Shown piece by piece: positions 52,683-64,000 of a stretch of DNA of 64,000 nt. Origin of the DNA: Perna viridis. Lineage: Eukaryota. The notes beneath the pieces were generated by a model, which saw only the letters and a list, made by a program, of their open reading frames with translations, searched no databases and had not been told where the DNA came from. The DNA is taken from assembly GCA_037379345.1 (NCBI GenBank), contig CM074517.1, forward strand, positions 24,738,001-24,802,000, in the 5' to 3' direction. The position numbers and the translations under genes were made by a program. The first letter of the stretch is position 1. Every line of letters begins with the position of its first letter.

Positions 52683-53088
52683 TTTTCCAGTGTTGATCTG
52701 TCTTACTTTTGCAAATGAAAATACTGGATAAAGCCCATGGGCGGTGCTGTTATTTAAGATAAGTAGTTCCGTTGTGATGAACCTTACTTTCTGAAACAAA
52801 ATTTATTGTGAGTGATTTACTGGATGTCATGAAGAAACAATAAATTCTCGGTTATATATTCTTTTAGCATTTTCTCCCGTAAAATTATTCAACTTCATCA
52901 CAAATGTGGTCTTTCGTGCTGGTGAATAAGAACTTAAGATATTTCATGAAACAAATTCTTTTGTACATAAAGACAAACTGATTTGCGTAGAATTTACTTG
53001 TCCGTTCATCTATAGAAAAATAATTTCGATTTTCGTCAGTTATTTTTTTTTTATTTTGAAAGAACTAATATGTCAAGTTTTCTGTCAG

Positions 53089-53205
53089 GTTCGATTGACC
53101 AGGATAAGATCACTCCAGGAGCTAGTGTAACGTTGTCCACCATGCATATGACCACGAAAATTAATAATGAGACCAACCAACAAAAAGATTCGCATTCGAC
53201 TGAAG
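53089..53205 (+). CDS. Protein B stalk exon a (Thr/Ser-rich)
   Basis: 117-nt phase 1-1 exon tgtcag|GSIDQDKITPGASVTLST..HSTE G|gtataa. Confidence 0.75.
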
Positions 53206-53509
53206 GTATAATCATTAAAACAACTTTAATCTTCTGTAATATAACGCTTGATGTCGCGGATTACTGTATGGTTCATCTGACAATCCTTTTACTCGAATTC
53301 GAAGAGTGTTTGTGTGTTTGTTTGTTTTTATGGTTTCTGTTCTCAATTGTTTTGGGTTCTGTATTTAATTTCAACTGCCTTGATTTTGCTTTCATTTGAT
53401 TTCTCTGTTAGGTTTTTAGCTTTTTTATCATTTTTAGTCTAATTTTGTTCAATTACATGTTAGTTTTTTACGGATGTGTTTTGCTTTGTTTTTATTTATC
53501 GGCCTTTTT

Positions 53510-53671
53510 NNNNNNNNNNNNNNNNNNNNNNNNNNNNNNNNNNNNNNNNNNNNNNNNNNNNNNNNNNNNNNNNNNNNNNNNNNNNNNNNNNNNNNNNNNN
53601 NNNNNNNNNNNNNNNNNNNNNNNNNNNNNNNNNNNNNNNNNNNNNNNNNNNNNNNNNNNNNNNNNNNNNNN
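53510..53671. other. Assembly gap, possibly hiding a further stalk exon
   Basis: Run of N; the sequence after the gap copies the intron sequence that follows the 53089-53205 exon. Confidence 0.9.
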
Positions 53672-54317
53672 CCGTCCTCCGTTATACAGCGCATAATTCC
53701 GTGGATTGCTGTATGGTTTATCTGACAATCCACTCTATCGATATCAAATCATTGTCTATCATTGTGTGTTTATTATTTGAATAATTCTTATCTCAATTGT
53801 TATGGGTTCTGTTTGAAATATCAACTTCATTGATTTATTCTTTCATATAATTTCTCTTCTGGATTGTTAGTCTTGTCTTTCATTTTTCTGTCTTGTTTTG
53901 TTAATTTTTTATGTTAGTTTTTTACGGTAATGTCTTGCTTTGTTCACATTATTTTTTTTTTTTTTTTTTTTTTTTATGTTCGTTTGTTGCTTAGTTTTGG
54001 TTACTTGTTTAATATTTTGTTAAGATTTTTATGTTTGCTTGATGAGTGATCGTTTTTGTTTTTTTTGTTTTGTTGTGTTTTGGGGGGGTTCATTACCTTG
54101 TTTTGCTTTGGTGTGTGTGTGTGTGTGTGGTTTTGCCTTTTTTAAACGAAGGTGAACTGACTTTACATTTACAAAAGACAATACTGCAAAAAGCTTAATG
54201 GTTGTATTGTTACTTAAGATATGTAAAAGATACATAAATGCAACCTGCCTTGCACAGAGTATACTTGTCAGTATATCTATAGAAAATCGTCAGTTTACCT
54301 AGTTTTTTGTTTGTCAG

Positions 54318-54506
54318 GTTCGATTGACCCGGAACAGAGTACTGCTGGAGCTCGTGTAACAGATTTTACCTTACAGTTGACTACTAAAGTAAATGAGACC
54401 AAGCAACATACCACTATTCGTACTAACAGTATCTCTACCGATTATGGAACACAAAGTGGCAATGAAGTAACGAGTCACAGTATCAAAGACACTCAACAGA
54501 CTGAAG
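54318..54506 (+). CDS. Protein B stalk exon b (duplicate of exon a)
   Basis: 189-nt phase 1-1 exon tgtcag|GSIDPEQSTAGARVTDFTLQLTT..QQTE G|gtatta. Confidence 0.75.
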
Positions 54507-56712
54507 GTATTATCATTAAAACAACTTTTTTTTATCTAATGCAGCACTGAATGCTGCGGACTGATATATTGTTAATCTGACAATCTTCTCTGTTTATTTT
54601 TGTTTTATTTAGTTTTCAGTGATAAATTAAAGAAAAAAAATTGTGCGGTAGATATAATTCATCTGAATTGTTAATATTGTGCCGCAATTTAACTTTCCTT
54701 TCATCATTCCTTCAGCACTTGCTACTGGACGCCGAATGGGACTTGATCTTTTTGTGATCAAAATCAATTTTGTTTCACAAAAATTCAATTTTGTATGCAA
54801 ATTAGTTTACAGAATCCTTTGGATATGCAAATTAATTCAAAATGTGCAGCATTATGTACACGTATATTACAAACTTAAAGCATTCACTGCAATACAATGG
54901 ATATGTTTCGAATGTGCATGGTTATAACAAAGCACATAAGTGAAAGAAATATCGGATATCGTAATCGTATTACCCACTGTGTCACTTAATCTTGAATCTA
55001 AAGATCGATCATTTGAGCGTTTGTAATCAAAAAGGAAACGAAAGTTAGACACGTACTATATCGCGGTTTTTCATTTCGCCCGACCTGTTCCACTCAACCA
55101 AATCTCTTGTGTCATACATCAATAAAATCGGAATGAAATAAGGAATCTATCTGTATCAGGCAAAAAATCTTGAGGGATAGTGGAACAAAATAATCATTCG
55201 CCGACTTTACAGATTAACATATTTCACCGCACAATACCTTTCTAATATGATTTTCTTGACTAATCTGACAATTATTTCTTTTTACAGCAAAATTTATGAC
55301 AAATACAATAATAAAGTTTATCTTGTCAAATTGTAACTAATTGGGTTGCGATTAACAGGTCGGGCAAAGCATTTTATAGTTGAGTTGAAAGATGTCAAGA
55401 AATTATCCCGTGATTCACCAAAAGAAATCCCATTAAATCGAAAGTAGAAAAATCGTGTGTTTTAAAACTTTTTTTTTTATATCTGACGGGAACTGGAAAC
55501 AAGTCGCAAGGCTTTTACAAGTCCATCTCCTGCGATATTGACAAAAATATAATACAAAGATCGCATGCGCTTAATAACATAATTTATACTGTTAACAATT
55601 TGTGGAAAAGGAATGGTGAAGAATTCAATTCGGAAGAAAATGAAATTAATCAAGTTGCAAGTCAGTTAATAAATCTCTTACTCTTTAGAATAAAGTTCTG
55701 CACCTTGATAAAAACTTGCTTATTTTGATCATCGGTCATCTGATCAGAACCAAATAGCAAAATATCGGTATTTAACATAACTGGTAAATTTAGGGAAAAT
55801 AGAGTCTCATTGCGAAGTTCTCGATATCCATCACAATGTAATAAGAAATGAGATATTGATTCACTTCTTCCGCAAACGCAAGAGTAATCCCTCTAGGGAC
55901 CCCTGACCTTCCACTTACGACTGTAATGAACATTTTTTTATTTAAATGACCATCCGAGGGTACAAGCTTTGAGAAAGTTGCACTTTGGACACTGTTTTAC
56001 CCCTGCATGGTGAGCACCATCTATTTATGATTGATTTTCATAATGTGTACTAATTAATTTTTTCGTAGTTTTTACTTGTATATTAATATTATTATTTCAT
56101 CTTGAACTTGACGCACTTTCCATCCATAGTTCTAGTCTTTTGGAAACTCATGGCTATGATTTACATCACGTTTATTGTATTTAGTTCTTTTTATTTTCAT
56201 TTATTTATTGTTCATATCGTCTCTACTTTTTTTACTTCTAGTTTTACCGATTTTGACTGGCGGCAATTTGATGCTGCCTACTTGCGTTGAAATATACCGT
56301 AATGAACCGTTGTAGAAGCGGGAGGTTTAGCGCGCTATCAGGACCATTGCGGTGGTTTTCCAACTTTCCGGTTTTTTCCCTGATATTTCAATTTGTTATA
56401 CGGACTTTCCATTTAGACTACTCTTTTTAACTACTGCCTAGATTTAATCAATTAAGTAATTTTGTTATCATCTTTCATTATTGAAACTTAATTTGGGTTG
56501 AATGCTATTTGATAACATTTATATTTGTATGTAAAGTTTCTATAAAATGAACCATTCTGTATCTCAATTTTTTTTTATGTTGGCGATAATTTAAATTCAC
56601 TTCATATATGTACATAATTTCTCTATGGAGAAGTGGCATTTAAGGCTCTTTTGTCTAAAATACAACTGAACACTTATCATAGTGTTAAATATGTCTATTG
56701 TGAATTTTGAAA

Positions 56713-57003
56713 GAGTAATCAAGGGAACCAAGGTTATAGCGGTAATCAAAAGAATGTAAACCAGGGACAAAGACCAGACATGGAAAACAGACATACACAA
56801 CAAAGAACATAACGTAACTAAAATCATATATACAATGTAACAAAAGCAAATGAGCATCTCGGAATCCACTAAAAACTGGGAGCATGGACCAGTTGCACCG
56901 GTAGGGTAAGCGTCCTCTGCTTTTATAGAAATACCCGCCTAGTTGCTCATAAAAAGTCAAGTCCGGGGTAGACAAAAGAGGAAAAGAAAACTATGACACG
57001 TTG
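56713..57003 (-). mobile_element. Naiad 3' UTR copy (left arm of an inverted pair)
   Basis: Near-consensus UTR with a single terminal unit. Confidence 0.92.
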
Positions 57004-57109
57004 TGTTGGACAGAATATCTTAATTTTAGTACAAATCAAGTCTTTTGTCCTTTTAATGCTATAATTTTCAGAAGTCCTTATGTTTTGTAAGTTGTTAATG
57101 TTATGGATT

Positions 57110-57642
57110 CAACTCGTGGATCGTTATGGTGTATCCATCAGCACCATGAAAACTGATTTATTCAACGGGTCATATTTTTCTTTTCCTCGTTTGTCTACCC
57201 CGGACTTGACTTTTTATGAGCAACTCTACTGGTGTTTCTAGAAAAGCAGAGGACGCTTACCCTACCGGTGCACCTGGTCTATGTTCCCAGTTTTTAATGA
57301 GTCCGAGTTGCTCATTTGCTTTTGCTACTTTGTATGTCTGATTTTAGTTACTTTATGTTCTTTGTTGTGTATGTCTGTTTTCCATGTCCGGTCTTTGTCC
57401 CTGGATTACATTCTTTTGATTACCGCTATAACATTGGTTCCCTTGATTACTCTTTGATTACTGCTATAACCTTGGTTCCCTTGATTACTCTTTGATTACC
57501 GCTATAACCTTGGTTCCCTTGGTTACTCTTTGATTAGCGCTTTAACCTTGGTTCCCTTGGTTACTCTTTGATTACCGCTATAACCTTGGTTCCCTTGGTT
57601 ACTCTTTGATTAGCGCTTTAACCTTGGTTCCCTTGGTTACTC
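57110..57642 (+). mobile_element. Naiad 3' end with six tandem terminal 38-bp units (right arm of the inverted pair)
   Basis: LVDRYGVSISTMKTDLFNGS, then UTR, then TTTGATTACCGCTATAACCTTGGTTCCCTTG(A/G)TTACTC units at 57415, 57453, 57491, 57529, 57567 and 57605. Confidence 0.93.
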
Positions 57643-58191
57643 TTAGAAAGAAAAGTAAAATCAAATGGAGGTTATTTGTCAAAAAGACAAAAGTCACTTT
57701 ATATTAGTCAGTCAGGTAATAATGTTGATTCGTTCCATTGGCACTTATTATGTGCTGCTATATTTTCTGGTGAATATGGAATGTTAACAGCGTAGGAAAT
57801 TATACTATAATAGTTGAAGTCATCGTAATTTTCATAGCGTATGGATCAAAACTTTCATCAATTTGTTTGTATACTAAGTTTTAAAACCTCGTGTTACATT
57901 GGACGCGTGATACTTGCTGCAATAACAAAATCAAGGAAATAAACGTAACACTACTTTTTAAGTAACAAGTTTCATGAAATCTGTAAAAAAAAAACGTTTT
58001 TTTTACCTGCTTCACTAACGGTGTATTGTGGTATTGCAGCCGCTAGTCTCTATCCGTCCGTCCGTAACGCTAATGGGCTACCTACAGTACTTGAATGAAC
58101 TTTATGAAAACTGGGAAACATATGTACTACGGTTAACTTTGAAACCGAATAAAACGCTAGCCAAGTTTTGAATGCCTAGTATATCTTTCAG

Positions 58192-58523
58192 TTGAATGTC
58201 CATGTGATTGTGAGTTTAAACAGAGGCCAGAATATTGGGCAAGTCAAAACTTGACAAACTATACTATGGAAGAACTGAGAATAATTCTGAGACCCGTTTT
58301 GGACAAACTTGAGAAGGAATTAAAAGTTGACAAGACAAAACTTTCATCGACCATCAGAAAACTGGCGAGTGCTGAAGACCACAGACCATCTTCTAAACAT
58401 ATTGGTTACATTGGAATAATATTTCTGGTGTCAGTTATTGCGCTGGTGGTCATTTCAGATGTAATTTCGTTTAAACAGTACGTTTTCAAAAAATGGACAA
58501 ATGGGTCATTATCAAATGAATGA
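58192..58523 (+). CDS. Protein B last exon: CPCDC, coiled coil, TM, short tail
   Basis: ctttcag|VECPCDCEFKQRPEYWASQNLTNYTMEEL..LSSTIRKLASAEDHRPSSKHIGYIGIIFLVSVIALVVISD..SNE*. Visible exons total 999 nt = 332 aa plus stop. Confidence 0.9.
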
Positions 58524-59289
58524 AAAGCGAAGCAGCCTTGAAACAATGAGTTTATATTAAGTAGCAACAGGATTCTATCCACGTTTTTTTAAAGTAATTC
58601 AAGGGCTGCAAATGGTATCTAGGTGATTTCTATTTCCTAGCCATATTATATTCCATTTTCATGGTGGGAAAAAAAAACACCGAACAAAGGATGCTTTTCT
58701 TATTCTTACTTATTTGTTTTCATAATAAAGATGTTTTTTTTATTTTATCGTGTTTTAAATACCAGTTAATACACATGTATCATGTTTTCCATTATAAATT
58801 CTTTCATTTCAACATTACATAAGTCTCTGCCTTCACCAACCTAACATACAAGAAAAAAAGAAGTGTTCAGTTCAAAATGACAATATGAGAAATGTTTTTT
58901 TTAATATGACATTTAAAAGTTTTAAATAAGTAGAAGGTATGAAATACCCCAAGACAGCGAATTTCCAGTAGAGAGTTTGATCTCTTAAATTGTGATTCGA
59001 ATTGTAAAAGATTGATATTTTTCTCATTACACATAAGATTTTTCTGCAGCATAAACGACCGCAGCATGTCTAACACTTTTGTGGTTACAATATTAGTTTT
59101 TGACACAGTTAAGCATATGGACTTCCAGTTCATTATGGACCCATCAACTGATTTGGACACAATAATTGAAATTCAAATTCATTTTCGAAATTGGACGAAA
59201 AATAAAAAAGTCGATTTTTTTGTTTTGTTTTGTTTTGTTTTTTTTTTTTTTGGTGGCCCTTTGGCCCCTTTTAAATCGAAATTTCTGAA

Positions 59290-62200
59290 AACATGGCCGC
59301 CGACCGAAAGTGGTAGTTAGGTGTCCGAGAAAAATCTTGATACTTTGTCGATTTGCAACATTGATATTACATTCTGTGATGATAAAGTGATTTAGTGGAA
59401 CATATATATTCCATCATGTGAGTTTGAACAGAATTTTTACTACGTGCTGTATTTTCAAACTTTGACAAAGAACTCTGCATTACAAAACAATCGTAAAAAC
59501 TGTTCATTACTATTCACTTCGAGTATTCATATACTTCATGACAGAGATTAACGGTACAGCCCAGGTTGGACTTTGGACCTTGTCGCGCCGCAAGCATTAT
59601 AACAATGGATGATAATGAATCCTTTGATTCCGAATTCAGTAATCACAGTGGTCATGATCCGTTTAACGAGTCGAATCACAATACACAGAATGGTATTTCC
59701 GATAGCCAATTTTATTACCTTGATATGCTACACCTTATACGATCAAGCTTTGGTTAACTTGTTAGAAAGACATTTAAGCAAAATCTTTTGAATGTTACTG
59801 AAGTGAACAACCTGAAACCGATCCGGACGTCCATTTTCGATCGTGTACGAAAAGGACACCCTTCACTACATAATAACAAACTAATAGGATGCAATCAACG
59901 AGAAAACGGTCAACCCATAGGTGACAAACTTGATCACGATATATTCATAATCTACCAGTATCTGGAAAGTGCTGAAAACATATCAGAACTCAAACAGTGT
60001 ATATCAAAATCGAAAAGAACGGCAACTACAACAGGTGATGACGCCATTATGATGGATATATTTAACCGACTTTCGACAAGTACGGCTGCTAAAAGTGCTG
60101 ATAATCCTGTGTCCGTAGCAATGCTATTGGAAATATAGAATTTTATTATAGAAACAATCCGTCCCGTGGCTGAAGATGTCCAAAAAACTTACTGACAATT
60201 TTGAAAAAGAAATTTCATTACTAAAGAATAAAATTAAGGATAAAGACTCGGTGATATCTTCACGAAGAAGAGTTAAAACAGTCCCAAATGAAAGTAATCC
60301 GCCTACAAGCCGATATTAAAATTCAAAATCAAACATTGAAGGAACGGGGTGACGAACTTCGAAATGCAGACAAGTCCAAAACAAATATGGACAGATTAAC
60401 AGACAAGATAGACTGAACTATATTGAAAATAAATTGAAGAATTAGAAAACGGCCGTTGTTCCAGAAAAAACTTACTCGGATGTGACTAAAGAAAAGTGTA
60501 CTTCTGCCATTCCTGAAAGAACTGAACGTACGCAAGATAATCTACAGTACGAAGATGTATCCGAATACGACGAATCTAGTCAAATTTTCGAAACAAACAA
60601 TGATAGACACTTTGAACAATTCGAATACAAAGAACGACAAGAAACAGAACGACCATCAGAAAGACATATACGAGCTAGTGACAATGCAGTATTCCGCAGT
60701 GTGGTCAGAAAAAGAACTAATAAATTGTATTGTATAATGTTGTACCACATACATCATACGAGTTAGTTAGTGATGCCGAGAGTAAGGGTGTGCACGTGAC
60801 TTTTACAAAACTGTTGAAAAGGAGGGAGAATAGAGGAAAAGCTTCTTATATTATGCTTGTTAATTTGATTGAAAGTGATTTTGTAAACCTTGTTGAGAAT
60901 GATGGGTACTTCTGGCCTGAAGGGGTATATTGGAGGGACTATGTCCCCTACTAAAACTGTAAAAAATTGTTCACAATGATAGCGTTTATTGTTAATCTCT
61001 GTACATTTTTTATTTTTTGCACCATGTTAAGGTTTGCAACATGGAATATGAGAGGTGCAATGTATGACACACATTATTTTTAGTATATTTTAAATGAATC
61101 TGATGTGTTTTTGCTCACGGAACATTGGCCTAATGAAAGTGATATTTCATTTTTTGGAAAATTTGGCAGAATATTTTTTAGTTGTGTATAGCATTAGCTC
61201 AAATTGCTTAAGCAGCAATAAATGTTCAGGTGGAACTGCCATTCTAGTAAGAAAGACAATTGATTTCAAATGTACTGAACTAAACATACAAAGTGATCGA
61301 GTATGTGGTATCAGGCTGTCATCAGACAATTTTCAAGATATTTGTATTTTGTGTACACTATTACCATCAACGAATTATAGAGCTGATGATTATGTAATGT
61401 CTTTAGAAGAGGTATTTACATATTATGATAGGTTATGTGATAACTGTGTAACTATCGTCGGTGGCGATCTTAATGTTGATCTGAGTAACAGTAAGAATAA
61501 TATGAAATGTAAATCACTACGTGTATTTCTTAAAGACAGAAACTTATGTCCAGCCCTTTACTTCAGAAACGAAAAGGGCCATTGTATACTTTTCATTCAA
61601 AAGATAATAGTAGAAAAACTCTTGTTGATTACATCTGTATACCTGAGTATTTATCTAATGATTTATAACTAATCGAGGTTAGGAAGGATTGTCCATATGA
61701 TGTTTCAGGTCATTTACCTGTTTTTGTATATACTAATATCGATCTGCTGAAAAGTGCACAGGGTGTTTCCTCTGTGAGCGTAAAAACTCTAAAATGGTCA
61801 AAAGCGGATTGGTTTGAGAAAATGATGTACAAAACCGAAATAGATCGCTTACTGAACTTTGATGTGAACATTGATGAATGAAAAGGCACTGATGAAATAG
61901 AAAGAATGACATGTCTATTCACAAATGAACTCCATATTGCTGCGAACTCGTGTATTCCGACAGGCTGTTATCGACGGTTTTTAAACCGTACTGGAAAAGT
62001 GAACACCTTAATAACTATCATTATCATCAACGAAAAGCTAGACATGAATGGATCAGTGAGAATGGACCAAGATCAAATGATGACGTAACATATATAGAAT
62101 ACAAAGACAAAAAACGAGAATTTCGTAGACAAAAACGAAATGCCGAGAAATTGTGGCGTGAACATGAATTTGGTGACATTCAAACGTCGGCAGAGACAGA

Positions 62201-64000
62201 TATAACGATTGTTATAGACATGTCAGGAAAATGAGACGACCGAAACAATCTACTACTAAACTTGTATACGATAATAAGGTCGCAGAGACTGATGCTGAAG
62301 CGTGTCAGTTGTGGGAACAATACTTCGATGAACTTTATACACCTGCCGCAACTGAAAACTTTGATAAAACTTTCTGTTAGGAAACAACAGAAACCGTTCA
62401 AAGATATAGTAATATGTGTGCATCTGTTTCTATTCCACAATTGGAAAAACCTATAAGTGTAGACGAAATTAAGAATCAAGTAAAAACGTTACAAAACGGA
62501 AAATCTCCAGGCCCGGATGGAATAGTGAACGAACATTTAAAATACGGCGGCGATCAAGTGATTAAACTTTGTATAAACTTTACAACACGATACTGTAAAA
62601 CGACTATCTTCCGGAGACTCTTAGACACGGTATAATGATCCCTATATACAAAGGCAAGAATAAAGATGAAAGTTCGCCAAACAGTTACAGAGCTGTGATT
62701 CTTACATCTGTTATCAGCAAACTCCTAGAAAAGATATTTCTAACACGTATTCAAAATTATCTGGAACGCATTAAAACTGTTTTACCTCATTAACTTCAAT
62801 TTGGATTCGTGAAAATGCATGGCTCTATTCCGGAAATATACACACTGCAAGAATCGGTCAGGTACTACATTGATCAATCTTCCAAAGTATTTTCGGCTTT
62901 TCTTGATAACGAAAAAGCTTTCGATCGTATCTGGCAAGATGGATTGATGTACAAACTCTGGAAGATTGGTATACGGGGAAAATTGTGGAACATTATATTC
63001 ACTTCTTACAAAACTGATACCGCTCATATACAGTTTAATGGTTTGATGAGTCGATCGTTTCATATCAAAAATGGCGTTGGACAGGGAGAAGTGATGTCCG
63101 TTTGGCTATTCGCAATGATCTCATAGTGCAATTATTAAATACAAACTGTGGATTGATTGTTGTCTCTCTACACATACCAACTATTCTTCTAGCTGATGAT
63201 ACAACTTTATCTAGTGCTACAGCCACCGGGCTACAGACATTACTAGATACTGTTTGAAATTATCCATATTCTTGGAGACATAAGTACAATGCATCAAAAA
63301 GTACCTGTGTCGTCTTTAACCTGTGAAATCTTCCAAAAGAGAACCAGAATACGACTTTAGAATTGTAATATACACGTTCCAATAAGTCAAACTGTGGTTT
63401 ATGCTGGAACTATCATAGACTGTTCCTTTAAAACGATTGAGCGGACAGAAAAAGCTTGTAATAAATTGAAGCAAAATCTACACTCATTGTATAACATCGG
63501 TGTCAACCCCGATGGAATGAGTCCGATTTCAAATAGTATTATATGGAAAAGAATTGTTCTACCTACTGCTTTATATACATGTGAACTGTGGGGGAGATTA
63601 ACAGAGACTGAAATCGATATGCTTGAGAAAACCCAGAGATATTTTGCTCGGTTTATACTCAAACTACCGAAAACATCTCCAACAGATGCATGCATAACAA
63701 ACTTAGGACTTTGGACAATCCAAGGCACTATTGATAAATTTAAACTTTTATTCTTCGGACGACTATGTAGATCCGATTCCGAAACGACTCACAAGAAACT
63801 GTTTAATTTCCGTTTAAGCCAACTACTTACTGGTGAATTAGACAAGCAATCCATAACATATGATATTTTAAAAACTGTGGTTAAATATGGCATGCTATCA
63901 TTCATCGAAAACTATGTGTCCGAATGTTATAAACCTAATAGACTTTTAAGACTGGCAGCAAACGATTTCCGCATACGTCAACAGATGATAACCTTGGTCT
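59290..64000 (+). mobile_element. Decayed two-ORF LINE (APE endonuclease + RT; CR1/L2-like group, clade uncertain), truncated by the window end
   Basis: ORF1 remnants at ~59585-60954 include a coiled coil and end FWPEGVYWRDY. ORF2 starts at ATG 61024: MLRFATWNMRG, GGTAIL, GGDLNV, SGHLPV, then RT motifs GKSPGPDGIVNEHLKYGG, NSYRAVILTS, QFGF, FLDNEKAFDRIW, GVGQG and LADD. Many stops and frameshifts; the 5' boundary is approximate. Confidence 0.9.

Noticed and set aside
52412-53784. ORF-track entries spanning N runs or T-rich tracts
   Set aside because: Artefacts of assembly gaps and low-complexity sequence.
10106-57003. Recurrent small hydrophobic ORFs (MLPVFSGVRVAHLLLL..., MILVTLCSLLC...) as a peptide gene family
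   Set aside because: All are translations of the Naiad 3' UTR copies in various frames, downstream of the RT stop codon.

Overview
AT-rich, intron-containing animal DNA, probably from a bivalve mollusc (inferred from the repeat families and gene type). It has two scaffold gaps (52544-52682, 53510-53671). The only host genes I can model are two tandem + strand paralogues of an uncharacterised type-I membrane protein: signal peptide, Cys-less Ig-like domain, Ig domain, Thr/Ser stalk, CPCDC/coiled-coil module, TM and short tail. Copy A (CDS 32454-37560, 421 aa) is complete. Copy B (50168-58523, at least 332 aa) has lost its second Ig exon and carries tandemly duplicated stalk exons. The rest is mostly mobile DNA. 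There are more than ten pieces of a Penelope-like retroelement with the GIY-YIG endonuclease upstream of the RT (Naiad-type order). There is also a decayed APE/RT LINE running off the 3' end, a SINE-like element, a Helentron-type element, several TIR/foldback MITEs, degenerate hammerhead (retrozyme-like) repeats and an OTU-domain pseudo-exon. Most interesting: (i) telomerase-like tandem reiteration of the Naiad 3'-terminal 38 nt from a ~1.5-unit template; (ii) a 29-nt motif shared by the Naiad 5' end and a hammerhead-bounded 375-bp unit; (iii) a structured Naiad 3' UTR; (iv) exon-level ectodomain remodelling of the Ig receptor pair on a conserved membrane-proximal module. All coordinates and alignments were read by eye; no database searches were run.
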